This document shows positions 55,677 through 64,000 of a stretch of DNA of 64,000 nucleotides, one piece after another (position 1 is the first letter of the stretch; every line of letters begins with the position of its first letter). The stretch comes from an uncultured Eubacteriales bacterium. Its GTDB lineage: Bacteria; Bacillota; Clostridia; Peptostreptococcales; Anaerovoracaceae. The stretch covers positions 22,732-86,731 of the forward strand of contig URGK01000002.1 in assembly GCA_900547295.1 (NCBI GenBank). Reading direction: 5' to 3'. Position numbers and translations under genes: made by a program. The notes beneath the pieces are model-generated. The model was given only the letters and a program-made list of their open reading frames with translations, ran no database searches and had not been told where the DNA came from.

Positions 55677-57422
55677 CTATATAGCCTTTGTTTCAATTTC
55701 TTCAACAAGCTTTGCGATAAATTCGTCTGCGTTCATTTCGCCAAGATCTCCAACCTTTGAGGATCTTACCGATAATGTGCCGGCCTCTGCTTCTCTTTCG
55801 CCTATTGTGCAAAGGTATGAGTCTCTCTGGTTTCTTGCCTCTCTGATCTTGTATCCGATTTTTTCGTTTCTTCCGTCAAGCTCAACTCGCAGTCCTGCTT
55901 CTTCACACTTTGCTTTGATTTCTTCTGCATAAGGCACGAATTTTTCTGTTACCGTAAGCAGCTTAACCTGTACAGGTGCAAGCCACAGAGGGAATTTGCC
56001 CGCAAAATGCTCTGTAAGTATTCCTATAAATCTTTCGATTGAACCGAAGATTACTCTGTGTATCATTACAGGTCTGTGCTTTTCGCCGTCTGCTCCAACG
56101 TATGTGATGTCAAATCTCTGAGGCATCTGCATATCAAGCTGGATAGTACCGCACTGCCATGTTCTTCCCAGTGAGTCTTCAAGGTGGAAGTCAAGCTTAG
56201 GACCGTAGAAAGCGCCGTCACCCTCGTTTATAACATACGGAACGCCTATTGTTTCCATAGCCTCTCTGAGAGCTGTTTCGGCTGCTTCCCATTCCTCGTC
56301 TGAACCCATTGAGTCGTCCGGTCTTGTGGAAAGCTCTATGTGATAAGTAAATCCGAACATATTGTATACGTCATCTATAAATTTAACAACGCCGATTACC
56401 TCGTCCTTAATCTGATCAGGAAGCATAAATATATGTGCATCGTCCTGTGTGAAAGTTCTTACTCTCATAAGGCCGTGAAGCGCTCCTGAAAGCTCGTGTC
56501 TGTGAACCTGTCCCAGTTCTCCCATTCTGATAGGGAAATCTCTGTAGGACCACATTTTTCTCTTGTATGCCAGAAGTGAGCCCGGACAGTTCATAGGCTT
56601 GATTGCATAGTCCTCACCGTCAATCTTGGTGAAATACATATTGTCCTTGTAGTGATCCCAGTGTCCTGATGTTCTCCACAGCTGCTCATTCATAATAAGC
56701 GGGGTTTTGATTTCCTCATATCCTCTTTTTCTGTGCTCTGACTTCCAGAAGCTTTCAAGTTCGTTTCTGATTATCATACCGTTAGGCATAAAGAACGGAA
56801 ATCCCGGACCCTCTTCAAATATAGCGAACAGATCCATTTCCTTGCCGATTTTACGGTGGTCTCTCTTTTTGGCTTCTTCAAGTCTTTTAACGTATTCATC
56901 AAGCTCTGCCTGTGTAGGGAAAGCCGTCGCATATATTCTCTGAAGCATCTGTCTGTCGGAGTCGCCTCTCCAGTATGCTCCCGCAACGCTCATCAGCTTG
57001 AATGCTTTAATCTTGCCTGTTGATTCCATATGAGGACCTGCGCAGAGATCCACAAAGTCGCCCTGCTTGTAAAATGATATAACCGCATCTTCAGGCAGGT
57101 CATTGATAAGCTCCACCTTGTAAGGCTCGTTTTTTTCTTCCATCAGAGCGATAGCCTCAGCTCTCGGCAGTTCAAATCTTTCCAGCGGATAGTTTGCCTG
57201 TACTATTTTTTTCATTTCTTTCTGAATTTTGAGGAAATCCTCTTCGCTGAATTTGTGCTCTGACTCAAAGTCATAGTAAAATCCGTTGTCAATAGCAGGT
57301 CCTATTGCAAGCTTTGTATCCGGCCACAGATTTTTTACAGCCTGCGCCATAATGTGTGATGCTGTATGTCTGTAAGTGTTTCTTACCTGTTCATCTTCAA
57401 AATTCAGTTTTTCCTTTGCCAT
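55677..57422 (-). CDS. thrS: Threonine--tRNA ligase
   Basis: 581 aa; N2 editing domain, class II motifs, anticodon-binding C-terminus. No room for a T-box leader (35 nt gap to upstream gene). Confidence 0.95.
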   Translation of the reverse strand: MAKEKLNFEDEQVRNTYRHTASHIMAQAVKNLWPDTKLAIGPAIDNGFYYDFESEHKFSEEDFLKIQKEMKKIVQANYPLERFELPRAEAIALMEEKNEPYKVELINDLPEDAVISFYKQGDFVDLCAGPHMESTGKIKAFKLMSVAGAYWRGDSDRQMLQRIYATAFPTQAELDEYVKRLEEAKKRDHRKIGKEMDLFAIFEEGPGFPFFMPNGMIIRNELESFWKSEHRKRGYEEIKTPLIMNEQLWRTSGHWDHYKDNMYFTKIDGEDYAIKPMNCPGSLLAYKRKMWSYRDFPIRMGELGQVHRHELSGALHGLMRVRTFTQDDAHIFMLPDQIKDEVIGVVKFIDDVYNMFGFTYHIELSTRPDDSMGSDEEWEAAETALREAMETIGVPYVINEGDGAFYGPKLDFHLEDSLGRTWQCGTIQLDMQMPQRFDITYVGADGEKHRPVMIHRVIFGSIERFIGILTEHFAGKFPLWLAPVQVKLLTVTEKFVPYAEEIKAKCEEAGLRVELDGRNEKIGYKIREARNQRDSYLCTIGEREAEAGTLSVRSSKVGDLGEMNADEFIAKLVEEIETKAI

Positions 57423-57457
57423 AATATCTCTCCTTATATATTAATTCTTTTGATTTG

Positions 57458-59014
57458 CTATTCGTAGTCGCGTGTCCATTCACCGTCGGCCTGCTCTGCG
57501 CCGTTCATAACATTGTTTATCTTTGTATTCGCTTTGGTTATGCAGCTTGTAGACGGTATTACCACCGATGCGGGAGCTCCGCCCATTGTGTAGCAAGGCT
57601 GACTGCCTGTACTGCCGGTTATTGAATAGTTTGCTATATTCCAGCCGGACATATCATTTATCTGCATCTTTACAAGCGACTGCATTTCAGATGTGGTCAT
57701 ATTTGTCTGCATTTCGTCTTTGACCGCATCAAGCAGCTGTGTATATTTTGTAAGCAGTGTTTTGCTTGAAAGCACTTTTTTGAGCATTGCCTTTAATACT
57801 TTCTGCTGGTTTTTATTTCTCTGAAAATCACCGTCCGTAAACGAATATCTTTCTCTTGAAAATGCCAGAGCCTCTTCACCGCTCAGATGGTTCTTGCCCT
57901 CAACAAAGCTGTATCCCTCGTTCTGTCTGCCATGGGTTATAAATGCCATATCGGATTTGACATCAATGCCTCCTATGGCATCAACTATTTCAATTACAGT
58001 CGAGAAGTTGACTCTGATATAGTAATTTATATCAATGCTCAGCATATCCTCTATTGTGGTTACGGTTTCGTCAATGCCGTATACGCCCGAATGAGTAAGC
58101 TTGTCATAAGCTGCTCTGCTGTGAAGCATTACATAGGAGTCCCTCGGTATTGATGTCAGCAGTATGGTCTTTGTTTCCGGATTGACCGTCATAACCATAT
58201 TGACATCGCTTTTTGCAACCTGTTCTATGGTTCCGAAGTTGTCGTTGCCGCTGATGCACACATTAAACGGTGTGGTCGTTATCTTATCAACACTCTTGGC
58301 CACATTATCAACCGCCGTTGCTATAGTTATAGTATATATTATTTTTGTCGACTCTTCAAAGCCTTTAATGTTCTCGCAGGACATATCGTAATATGTGCTG
58401 CTCATAAATATGGCGTTGCAGTCGCCGTTCATAAGGGTTTCGGATATCTCTATAGAGTTCTTGCCCTCTTCAAAGTTTATCTGCACATGATCTGCAAGTT
58501 TCTGCCTTGCCTCAAGGTAAGGTGTCTCCGATGATTTGAAAACATAGACATCATCTCCCATAATGAGATCAAGACCCATTGCTTTGGCTGACGCATCCTC
58601 CACATCTTCTGCCGGAACTATAACGTAATAGTCCTCTGTGGACTGTCCGATGGTGCTTATCTTTGAAAACAGATCCTGCGTGCTGTATATATAGTATGAA
58701 CCTATACCGTAGACAATAATTGCGATAATTGCAATTACTGTTCCGACCACGCGCCGCTTTGACCTCTTTTTCCTGATACGCAGAAACATCACAACAAAGA
58801 ATGAACCTATCAGTATAACCGCAAGAGCAGGTATCAGATATTTCATAGGCAGTACATTAAGCCATATCAGCATAGCCGAAAAGCATATCATCAGAATCAT
58901 ATATATTACGATGAGTATGATGTGAAAAGGCTTTCTGCCGCCCTTCTTTGGTGCGCTGTTATCCTCTGAAGTTCTTCTTCGTTTTTTTCTGGTTTTTCTG
59001 TTTACTTCACGCAA
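57458..59014 (-). CDS. LytR-CpsA-Psr (LCP) family protein
   Basis: Basic N-terminus, 3 TM, LCP catalytic domain (SIPRDSYV...AYDKLTHSGVYG...RERYSFTDGDFQRNKNQQ). Confidence 0.85.
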   Translation of the reverse strand: MREVNRKTRKKRRRTSEDNSAPKKGGRKPFHIILIVIYMILMICFSAMLIWLNVLPMKYLIPALAVILIGSFFVVMFLRIRKKRSKRRVVGTVIAIIAIIVYGIGSYYIYSTQDLFSKISTIGQSTEDYYVIVPAEDVEDASAKAMGLDLIMGDDVYVFKSSETPYLEARQKLADHVQINFEEGKNSIEISETLMNGDCNAIFMSSTYYDMSCENIKGFEESTKIIYTITIATAVDNVAKSVDKITTTPFNVCISGNDNFGTIEQVAKSDVNMVMTVNPETKTILLTSIPRDSYVMLHSRAAYDKLTHSGVYGIDETVTTIEDMLSIDINYYIRVNFSTVIEIVDAIGGIDVKSDMAFITHGRQNEGYSFVEGKNHLSGEEALAFSRERYSFTDGDFQRNKNQQKVLKAMLKKVLSSKTLLTKYTQLLDAVKDEMQTNMTTSEMQSLVKMQINDMSGWNIANYSITGSTGSQPCYTMGGAPASVVIPSTSCITKANTKINNVMNGAEQADGEWTRDYE

Positions 59015-59054
59015 TGTAAATTCTCCTTATATTTTACTGTGTTTAAAGCTGTAA

Positions 59055-60095
59055 TCAATATCCGTAATAACCTGTTGTGTACGAAATGCTGCCGCTTATT
59101 TCCCTGACTCTGTCGCTTGGCACATAGCCGCTCTGACCGAAAGCATCCTCATGAAGTCTGGCAACGTTGCTTTCGAGGGTAATCGGAGCCGCATACCATA
59201 CATGCGACGGACTGATATATCCCTCCTTGTCATAAGGCCAGCCGATGCTGTCCTTGATGTCCATTTTGTACATTTTGAGCATAAGCGGGATTATATCCAT
59301 AGAGTCGATATTGCTGCTTACCTCCGGCAGCACATCGTCCATCATTTTGTTAAGCTCTCCGAAGCTCATTTTTTTGACTTCTTTGAATACTGCTGTGAGA
59401 ACGGTTCTCATTCGCTCTGTCCTGCGGTAATCACCGCCCTCCGTATGTCTGATACGGGAGTAGGTTACAGCCTGAACCCCGTCAAGGTGCTGTTCGCCTG
59501 CCTCGGTTATATATTCAAAATCGCTTTTGAGATATCTTGCGGTTTCGGGCAGATATGTATTCATCTGGCTTATCTCATCGTCTTTGATATCTATGTCAAT
59601 TCCGCCCACGCTGTCTACCACCTTAGCCACCGTCTTGAAATTAAGAGCCGCAAATTCTGTGATATTAAGGTCAAGGTTTCTGTTGAGGGTATTGATTGTC
59701 CTCTCCGGTCCGCCGTATGCAAATGCATGGGTCACCTTGTCAAGACCTACGCCCTCAATGTCAAGGAATGAGTCCCTGTAAACCGATATGAGTTTGATGT
59801 CCCCCGATGTCTTGTTTATACTCACTATTATTATAGAGTCTGTCCTTGAGCCTGAGAAATTACTCATATCTCTTGTATCAACTCCGAGTATGACGATATT
59901 CCTGTAATCGGAAATGTCATTGTCTGCCGCAAGGCTGCTTTCGTCAAGCTCAACGTGCAATATGTTATCAAGCTTGTCCCTGGCATAAAGAACTCCCGCC
60001 GCGCTTATTACGGCACCTATTATAACAAGCGTCATAATGAATGATATAAAACGCCTTAAAAACGATTTTCTTTTTTTTCTGTGTATTCCGGCCAT
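59055..60095 (-). CDS. LytR-CpsA-Psr (LCP) family protein
   Basis: Single TM + LCP domain (LISVYRDSFLDIEGVGLDKVTHAFAYGGPERTINTLNRNLD). Confidence 0.85.
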   Translation of the reverse strand: MAGIHRKKRKSFLRRFISFIMTLVIIGAVISAAGVLYARDKLDNILHVELDESSLAADNDISDYRNIVILGVDTRDMSNFSGSRTDSIIIVSINKTSGDIKLISVYRDSFLDIEGVGLDKVTHAFAYGGPERTINTLNRNLDLNITEFAALNFKTVAKVVDSVGGIDIDIKDDEISQMNTYLPETARYLKSDFEYITEAGEQHLDGVQAVTYSRIRHTEGGDYRRTERMRTVLTAVFKEVKKMSFGELNKMMDDVLPEVSSNIDSMDIIPLMLKMYKMDIKDSIGWPYDKEGYISPSHVWYAAPITLESNVARLHEDAFGQSGYVPSDRVREISGSISYTTGYYGY

Positions 60096-60283
60096 CTCCC
60101 CAGTTCCCCTCTAGTCATATACACTTTATTTTATATTAAATCGGAGATGTTTTCAATAAATTTCTATTTTATATCGCATCTTAATTATTTTTAATTCATA
60201 ATTCCACTGTGTCCCGGACATAGCTTTTTTCCCGCGCACTCTGTATATCTGCATATATTTGTGGCAAAAGAGGTACATCGGAT

Positions 60284-61514
60284 GTATAATACCTGTATGG
60301 ACAGAGTTATTTTACATTGTGATATGAATGGATTTTTTGCATCGGTTGAGCTGCTTTCGCATCCTGAGCTTGCAAATGTTCCCATGGCGGTATGCGGAAA
60401 CCCCGAAAACCGTCACGGCATAATTCTTGCAAAAAACGAGCTTGCCAAGAAAGCAGGCGTTGTTACCGCGCAGACGCTGTGGCAGGCGCGAAAGAAATGC
60501 CCTGATTTACAGGTGGTGCCTCCGCACCATGATAAATACAAGCACTACAGCAGGCTTATCAATGAAATCTACGGCAGATTCACCGATATGGTAGAGCCTT
60601 TCAGCATTGACGAGTCGTGGCTTGATGTTACTGCAAGCCGCAGGCTTTTCGGTGACGGCAAGTATATAGCGGACACCATAAGAAAAACCGTCAGAGAGGA
60701 GCTTGGACTTACACTTTCTGCGGGGGTTTCTTTTAATAAAATCTTCGCCAAAATGGGCAGTGAATACAAAAAACCCGATGCAACCACAGTCATATCCAGA
60801 GATAATTACAAAAAAATATTATGGCCTATGCCTGTTTCCGAAATGTTTTTTGTGGGAGGCGCAACCGCTCAAAAGCTTAACAAGGCGGGAATTATGACTA
60901 TAGGTCAGCTTGCGCAGACCGAACGGGCGCTGCTTGAGAATATGCTGGGCAAGCATGGCAGTCAGCTTTATGATTATGCCAACGGGCTTGATGACTCGCC
61001 TGTATGCCGTCAGTGTGAGAAGCAGAAGATAAAATCCGTCGGAAACGGCATTACGTTCAAAAGAAATCTCACCGGCACAGAGGATATAAAGACGGCTGCA
61101 ATGAACCTTGCAGACACTGTTGCGGCAAGGCTTCGCCATTATGAAATGAAAGCTCATGGCATTAAGGTTGATATTAAGGATACGGAGCTCAAAACAATAT
61201 CAAGACAGAAACAGCTTACAGTTCCAACAAATCTTGCCTATGAGATTTCAGAAGCTGCAGTTGAAATAATAATATCCTCATGGAATATCAGAAAACCTAT
61301 CAGAATGCTGACAATCACGGGAATAAACCTGTGCGATGAGGACACCGAGGAACAGATCTCACTGTTCGGCGCAGATACTGTTTCCAGAGAGAAAACCGAA
61401 AATCTGGAGCGGGCCATGGATTCCATACGGGCAAGGTATGGCCAGTCATCCATTACTTTCGGCAAGTTTAAAACAGATGAGCTTGGCATAGATCCATACA
61501 GCGATGATGATTAA
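60284..61514 (+). CDS. dinB: DNA polymerase IV (Y-family)
   Basis: ILHCDMNGFFASVE Y-family motif A. ATG 60284 has AAGAGG RBS 8 nt upstream; alternative start 60297 (MDRVIL...); listed ORF begins at GTG 60261. Confidence 0.85.
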
Positions 61515-61729
61515 AACAACAAAATCAGGAGTTTTGCATTTGATAGCATATCTCTTGATTTATATTTTTTATCAAAGTAAAATCGTTGTACGTATAATCC
61601 GCCATGCAACTACTAAAAATGAAATAAGAATAAATATTTCACCGTTTTATTTCAATTTTAATTGTTTTTTTGAAATAAGAGAAGTATAATAGAGTATATA
61701 TTTCAATTTCCCGAAAGGAGCCATGACTG

Positions 61730-62872
61730 ATGAACAATCGTGCAGGCTATTATAAACAAAATTTATCAGGCGAAATGGCATACAAGTCTTTTGTTCCAAA
61801 TCCTCTGCCGCCGGTTCCTCCGATTGAGTTATCAGAGGATATTGTGGGCTTACTTGTAAAAGCAAATTCTCAGCTTGCCGTTTTGGAAAGTATTGCGGCT
61901 CGCATCCCAAATGTGAAATTATTCATATCTATGTACGTACGTAAAGAAGCACTGATGTCTTCGCAAATTGAGGGTACACAGGCAACTTTAGAAGATATTT
62001 TAGATCCAATGCTGGATACCAACACAAACCGCAATATTGCGGATGTTGTAAACTATATCAAAGCCACCGAATTTGCAATTACACGTTTACAAACTCTTCC
62101 GCTATGCAACCGCCTGATTAAAGAAACACACGCAGTGCTAATGAAAGGAGTACGCGGGCAAGAAAAAAATCCAGGTGAATTCAGATACTCACAGAATTGG
62201 ATTGGCGGTCAAGGAAGCACGCTCAAAAATGCCCGCTATATTCCTCCATCTCCCGACGATATGCAAAACGCAATGTCTGACCTGGAAAAATACATCAATA
62301 CCGATGATGATCTAGATGCATTAATCCAGGCAGCACTTATACATTATCAGTTTGAAACCATCCACCCTTTCCTTGACGGAAACGGTCGTGTCGGCCGTCT
62401 ACTGATTACACTGTTTTTAATGGACAAAGGAATTCTCACAACACCCGCTTTATATATTTCCTATTTCCTTAAAAAAAACCGTGTGGAATACTATGACCGC
62501 ATGACTGAAGTAAGAACAAAGGGAAACTATGAGCAATGGATCATTTTCTTCTTGCAGGCTATCATGGAGTCTGCAGGAGATGCTACATCAACAATTGATG
62601 AACTAATCACTCTCCATGACACCAATACATCTGTAATTTCCAAATTGGGACGTGCATCAAAAAATACAATGCTTGTTTTTGACTATCTAGAGTCCAACCC
62701 TATTATTGATATTGGAAAAACAGCGGAAGCTTTAAGCATTACCTTTAATACTGCCTCCAGCGCAGTCAGGCGTTTAGTTGATGCCGGTATTCTTGTACAA
62801 ACCGGAGGCGGCGGCAGAAATCGTACCTTTGCCTATGAGGCATATCTTGATATCCTACGCAAAGGAACCTGA
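61730..62872 (+). CDS. Fic family protein (class II, N-terminal inhibitory helix; C-terminal wHTH)
   Basis: Fic motif HPFLDGNGRVGRLL; inhibitory motif SSQIEG (SxxxEG) upstream of the core. Gene and leader are AT-rich with TTA/CAA-biased codons unlike neighbours. Confidence 0.9.
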   Translation: MNNRAGYYKQNLSGEMAYKSFVPNPLPPVPPIELSEDIVGLLVKANSQLAVLESIAARIPNVKLFISMYVRKEALMSSQIEGTQATLEDILDPMLDTNTNRNIADVVNYIKATEFAITRLQTLPLCNRLIKETHAVLMKGVRGQEKNPGEFRYSQNWIGGQGSTLKNARYIPPSPDDMQNAMSDLEKYINTDDDLDALIQAALIHYQFETIHPFLDGNGRVGRLLITLFLMDKGILTTPALYISYFLKKNRVEYYDRMTEVRTKGNYEQWIIFFLQAIMESAGDATSTIDELITLHDTNTSVISKLGRASKNTMLVFDYLESNPIIDIGKTAEALSITFNTASSAVRRLVDAGILVQTGGGGRNRTFAYEAYLDILRKGT

Positions 62873-62880
62873 AGCTGCAT

Positions 62881-62945
62881 CTGACCGGTTCAGACCGGTC
62901 AGTAAAAAACACAACCATAGAAAACCCCTGTGGTTGTGTTTTTGT
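62881..62945. terminator. Two consecutive hairpins after Fic gene; second is a bidirectional terminator
   Basis: CTGACCGGttcagaCCGGTCAG (8-bp perfect IR) then ACACAACCA-tagaaaacccctg-TGGTTGTGT + TTTTT. Confidence 0.6.
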
Positions 62946-62965
62946 ATGCTGCACGCCTTGCAGCT

Positions 62966-63214
62966 CTATCTTATTTTTACAAATTCGTTTTCATCGGCTC
63001 TGTATATGCTTTTGACAGCTATCTGATTTTCGGCAAGTATGCGTTTTACTTCCCCGATGTCGTCTGTCTTTATATATATACCGTAGCCGCAGCTTTTAAC
63101 AAGCTCGGGCGGAAGTCTTCTGACCGAAGCTCTGAGTCCGTTTTCTGAAAGTTTATCTCTGGCATATGCCGCTTTATAAAATGAAGAGAAGGAAATAATA
63201 TACAACTTCTTCAT
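62966..63214 (-). CDS. DUF3343 domain protein
   Basis: MKKLYIISFSSFYKAAYARDKLSENGLRASVRRLPPELVKSCGYGIYI matches DUF3343 (YIITF...A...KLL...G.....PVPREL..SCGLAL). GGGAG RBS before ATG 63214. Confidence 0.6.
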   Translation of the reverse strand: MKKLYIISFSSFYKAAYARDKLSENGLRASVRRLPPELVKSCGYGIYIKTDDIGEVKRILAENQIAVKSIYRADENEFVKIR

Positions 63215-63270
63215 TTCCGTCACTCCCATCACAGTATAATACTACATTATATGCAGCAGCCGCTGAAATG

Positions 63271-64000
63271 TCACTGTCTGTGCAAAGGCTCCGTCTGTTT
63301 CAGAAGCCACTTAGCTTCGTCCTCGTCAAGATATTCTTTAAGTGTATCATACACTCTGCTGTGATATCGGTTTAAAAATTCCAGCTCATCATCCTCAAGC
63401 ATATTAACCTCTATGGCCTCTCTGTCAAAAGGGCAGAGTGTTATGGTTTCAAAACAAAGTCCGTCACCCTCTTCTATGCAGAGGATTTCGTTTTCAAGTC
63501 TGATACCGTATTTTCCCGCAAAATATACCCCCGGCTCATCGCTGGTTATCATTCCCGGTACTATACAGCATTTGTCACCTCTGCGGCTGATGGTATTTGG
63601 TCCCTCGTGAACGCTTAACATATGGCCTACTCCATGCCCTGTACCGTGATTGAAATCAAATCCTCTGTCTTTGAGCGGTTTTCTTGCTATAACATCAAGC
63701 TCCGCTCCCGTGGTTTCATATCTGAATTTTGCCGCCGCAAGCCTAATGTTGGATTTCAGTACAGCAGTATATGCATATCTTCTGTCACAGGTAACAGGTC
63801 CCAGAGCAATGGTTCTTGTAATATCCGTAGTACCGTCCCTGTACTGGCCTCCCGAATCCACCAGCAGAAATCCCTCAGGTTTAATCTGCACGTTGCTCTG
63901 CTTCGTCGCCTGATAATGTATTATAGCGCCATGCTCCTCATAGCCTGCTATGGTATCAAAGCTAAGGTCATATGCTCCCTGCTGCCTGCGGCACTCCTCA
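63271..64000 (-). CDS. Xaa-Pro aminopeptidase (M24B), N-terminal part beyond right window edge
   Basis: C-terminal pita-bread domain with HGTGHGVGHMLSVHEGP and EPGVY metal-ligand motifs; reading frame stays open to position 64000. Confidence 0.85.
   Translation of the reverse strand, partial: EECRRQQGAYDLSFDTIAGYEEHGAIIHYQATKQSNVQIKPEGFLLVDSGGQYRDGTTDITRTIALGPVTCDRRYAYTAVLKSNIRLAAAKFRYETTGAELDVIARKPLKDRGFDFNHGTGHGVGHMLSVHEGPNTISRRGDKCCIVPGMITSDEPGVYFAGKYGIRLENEILCIEEGDGLCFETITLCPFDREAIEVNMLEDDELEFLNRYHSRVYDTLKEYLDEDEAKWLLKQTEPLHRQ

Noticed and set aside
1-64000. CRISPR arrays, tRNA/rRNA genes, IS elements, integrases, prophage
   Set aside because: No spacer-repeat periodicity, no tRNA cloverleaf-sized conserved gaps, no transposase or integrase motifs (DDE, tyrosine recombinase R..H..R..Y) in any frame examined.

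Overview
Gene-dense chromosomal segment of a Firmicutes/Clostridia-type anaerobe, probably a spore-forming Oscillospiraceae or Ruminococcus-like organism. About 80 features are called, the large majority on the minus strand. I saw no rRNA, tRNA, CRISPR array, transposase or integrase.

Recognisable content:
- Partial cardiolipin synthase at the left edge, GIY-YIG nuclease, CDF transporter, flavoprotein.
- A five-gene operon: Zn-ribbon protein, AbrB/SpoVT-like protein, ABC ATPase, ABC-2 permease, SDR oxidoreductase.
- A tandem pair of paralogous 899 and 963 aa secreted repeat proteins.
- Complete rnfCDGEAB operon.
- Lipoprotein carboxylesterase, a membrane-embedded LuxR-type regulator, two M23 peptidases flanking a YitT protein.
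- DUF523, DAG kinase, M29 aminopeptidase, MerR/GyrI regulator.
- A secreted three-gene set: SH3b/glucosaminidase-like hydrolase, cohesin-like anchored protein, unknown protein.
- pdp-deoB-phosphoesterase-rmuC.
- [FeFe]-hydrogenase maturation genes (TM1266-like regulator, hydE, hydG, hydF).
- A NarL-type two-component system.
- feoAB with an unlisted 49 aa FeoB-associated Cys-rich ORF, flavodoxin, XRE-HTH/DUF2975 pair.
- Alanine/glycine:cation symporter, FKBP-type PPIase lipoprotein, TspO, ADP-ribosylglycohydrolase, NiaR, EutE-like aldehyde dehydrogenase, orphan GerA-family protein.
- thrS, two LCP proteins, dinB, a low-GC Fic gene, DUF3343 protein, partial Xaa-Pro aminopeptidase at the right edge.

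Most interesting signal: each of the two giant paralogs is preceded by its own copy of a duplicated leader of about 130 bp. Each leader carries a near-consensus sigma-A promoter and a sequence with the signature of a class I (GEMM) c-di-GMP riboswitch, followed by a terminator-like hairpin. The two copies show compensatory base changes in one stem. This points to a c-di-GMP-controlled, tandemly duplicated surface-protein cassette.

A separate single glycine-riboswitch aptamer with a terminator-type expression platform and a clear promoter sits upstream of the alanine/glycine symporter.
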